DNA from: an uncultured Candidatus Saccharibacteria bacterium
GTDB taxonomy: Bacteria; Patescibacteriota; Minisyncoccia; Minisyncoccales; JAGGXC01
Length of the DNA stretch: 58,586 nt
Assembly (NCBI GenBank): GCA_964445905.1
Contig: CAYUNN010000010.1
Coordinates: 1 to 58,586 of the forward strand
Direction of reading: 5' to 3'
The notes beneath the pieces were generated by a model. That model was given only the letters and a program-made list of their open reading frames with translations, searched no databases and was not told the DNA's origin. How positions within the stretch are numbered: the stretch's first letter is position 1; each line of letters begins with the position of its first letter. Below are positions 57,176 to 58,586 of this stretch, in pieces. A program made the translations under genes and the position numbers.

Positions 57176-57520
57176 ATGACAAGAGTAAAAAGAGGAAAAG
57201 CCGCTCATAAAAGAAGAAAAAATATTACTAAGCAAACAAAAGGATTTAGATGGGGAAGAAAATCAAAATATAAAGCAGCAAAAGAAGCTTTAATGCATGC
57301 TTGGACTTATTCTTTTAGAGATAGAAAAGCAAAAAAAAGAGATTTTAGAAAACTCTGGCAAGTTCAAATTTCTGCTGCCTGTAAACAGCATGGCGTTTCG
57401 TATAGTAAGTTCATCGACGGATTAAAAAAGAATAAAATTGAAATAGATAGAAAGATACTGTCACAACTAGCAAAAGAGAAACCAGAAATATTTGAAGAAA
57501 TTGTAAAACAAGTAAAGTAA
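57176..57520 (+). CDS. rplT: 50S ribosomal protein bL20
   Basis: MTRVKRG, RDRKAKKRDFRKLW, SYSKF and DRKILS motifs. Confidence 0.97.
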   Translation: MTRVKRGKAAHKRRKNITKQTKGFRWGRKSKYKAAKEALMHAWTYSFRDRKAKKRDFRKLWQVQISAACKQHGVSYSKFIDGLKKNKIEIDRKILSQLAKEKPEIFEEIVKQVK

Positions 57521-57534
57521 AAATAAATTGTTAT

Positions 57535-57566
57535 AAAAAAAGAGAGCTCAATCAGAGCTCTTTTTT
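57535..57566. terminator. Bidirectional terminator after rplT
   Basis: AGAGCTC-AATCA-GAGCTCT flanked by A and T runs. Confidence 0.75.
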
Positions 57567-57899
57567 AATATTATTATAATATTTGTTTAGTTCTGTCCTT
57601 CGCTGGACCAATTCATTGCTTATTCTTCCCATAGAGCCTCTTATTTTATGGCAAACATTCATAATCTCATTTAATTCACGTTCATTCCTTACTTCTATTT
57701 CCTCGATATCTTTAGCCAACTCCTCTTTCTCTTTCTTTTGCAAATCAGATATTGCTTTTATATTTATTTTCATTTTATTTACAACCTCACCGAAGCTGCA
57801 TTCTCCTATAGTAGTATCTATTTCCTTTTCTATTTTTTTAAGAGCACTATAAACTTCTTTGGTTTCTCTTGATTTTTTTTCATCTCTGCTGTCGCTCAG
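57552..57899 (-). CDS. Hypothetical helical protein; probably longer than annotated (CTG start) or the remnant of a decayed gene
   Basis: The frame of 57552..57773 stays open upstream to a CTG at 57899, preceded by SD AAGGAGGG. Confidence 0.5.
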   Translation of the reverse strand: MSDSRDEKKSRETKEVYSALKKIEKEIDTTIGECSFGEVVNKMKINIKAISDLQKKEKEELAKDIEEIEVRNERELNEIMNVCHKIRGSMGRISNELVQRRTELNKYYNNIKKEL

Positions 57900-58166
57900 T
57901 TTTAACCCTCCTTTATTTCTAAAACCAATATATCTTTATAGCATACTCTTTTTTTCTAGTAAAGATTTTTTCTTTCGTAATCCTTTATTGTAATCTTCTG
58001 TCCCGCCATCAGGCTTAATGATTTCGGAAAAGAGGGTCTTCTAAATTATTATTTTTATTCAAAAAATTACTAACTGCCTCCCAAGCCTTAGAACGTTCAG
58101 ATAATCTTTCTACTTCTTTATACATCACTAACTTTTCTCTCGGAAGGTTTCTAGCTATATTATAAT

Positions 58167-58586
58167 TCACCCTTGCTCATAAATAAAATTGTGCGCTTTT
58201 TTTAAAACTTTTTTAGAATTGTCAAAAGTTAATTTATCTAACGCATCTTCATATTTAAGCCAGGCATGGTCTTCATGCTCATGAGATAGTTTAATCTCTT
58301 CGGTTTTAGTTTCAGCTAAAAAGAATGTAGCTATTTTCATTATGCCATCACCTTTTAATTTAAAGAAAAATTTAATCCATTCTTTAAAGCCTTCAATAAA
58401 TTCTATATTTTTTATCCCTGTTTCTTCTTCGATCTCTCGCCTAGCAGTTTCTTCCAAACTTTCTCCTTTCTCTATCCCTCCTCTTGGAAATTCCCAGTGC
58501 CCCCAACCATATTTGATAATAAGATATTTTATTTCTTTATTTTGACGCCGAAAAACAATAGCTCCAGCTGATTTTTCTATAGGCAT
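58167..58586 (-). CDS. NUDIX hydrolase, asymmetric Ap4A hydrolase-like
   Basis: EKSAGAIVF, HWEFPRG, ARREIEEETG and LSHEH motifs. Confidence 0.9.
   Translation of the reverse strand: MPIEKSAGAIVFRRQNKEIKYLIIKYGWGHWEFPRGGIEKGESLEETARREIEEETGIKNIEFIEGFKEWIKFFFKLKGDGIMKIATFFLAETKTEEIKLSHEHEDHAWLKYEDALDKLTFDNSKKVLKKAHNFIYEQG

Noticed and set aside
133-58545. Short ORFs antisense to or nested in known genes (e.g. 133..330, 19093..19410, 29344..29766, 35767..36105, 37359..37778, 48196..48597, 57583..57852)
   Set aside because: They overlap well-supported genes on the opposite strand or in another frame and have no motifs, so I treat them as shadow ORFs.
1-58586. CRISPR array, rRNA, transposase or prophage
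   Set aside because: I saw no regularly spaced repeats, no rRNA-like sequence and no mobile-element proteins.

Overview
AT-rich, densely coding window (genetic code 11) that looks like a Patescibacteria/CPR chromosome of the Parcubacteria (Nealsonbacteria-like) type. That placement is my inference from gene content, the CPR-style bS21, pilins and hypothetical proteins, and the scarcity of Shine-Dalgarno sites. Most genes are housekeeping and on the minus strand: six aminoacyl-tRNA synthetases (hisS, leuS, metG, glyQS, ileS, argS), clpB/htrA, ftsA-ftsZ-comEC, glmS-yvcK-glmU and recO. topA, tRNA-Leu(CAA), pth and smpB-ssrA-infC-rpmI-rplT are on the plus strand. Accessory genes include an AbiE type IV toxin-antitoxin pair, an ATP-cone/PD-(D/E)xK nuclease, two pilins and several orphans and pseudogenes. 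The most interesting signals are: (1) two archaeal-type ether-lipid genes, a group II GGGP synthase and an archaeal-like CDP-alcohol phosphotransferase, about 5 kb apart, each with a strong SD and a long structured 5' leader; (2) an unannotated ~140-nt three-way-junction RNA in one of those leaders that shows an anti-SD (CCCUCCUU) loop; (3) an unannotated 50-aa ultra-acidic microprotein with a perfect sigma70 promoter, convergent on the ATP-cone nuclease; (4) IleRS with an intact histidine-phosphatase insertion; (5) FtsZ without its C-terminal tail; (6) a catalytically dead HtrA paralogue next to clpB. I found no CRISPR array, integrase or transposase. All family calls come from motif recognition by eye; no searches were run.
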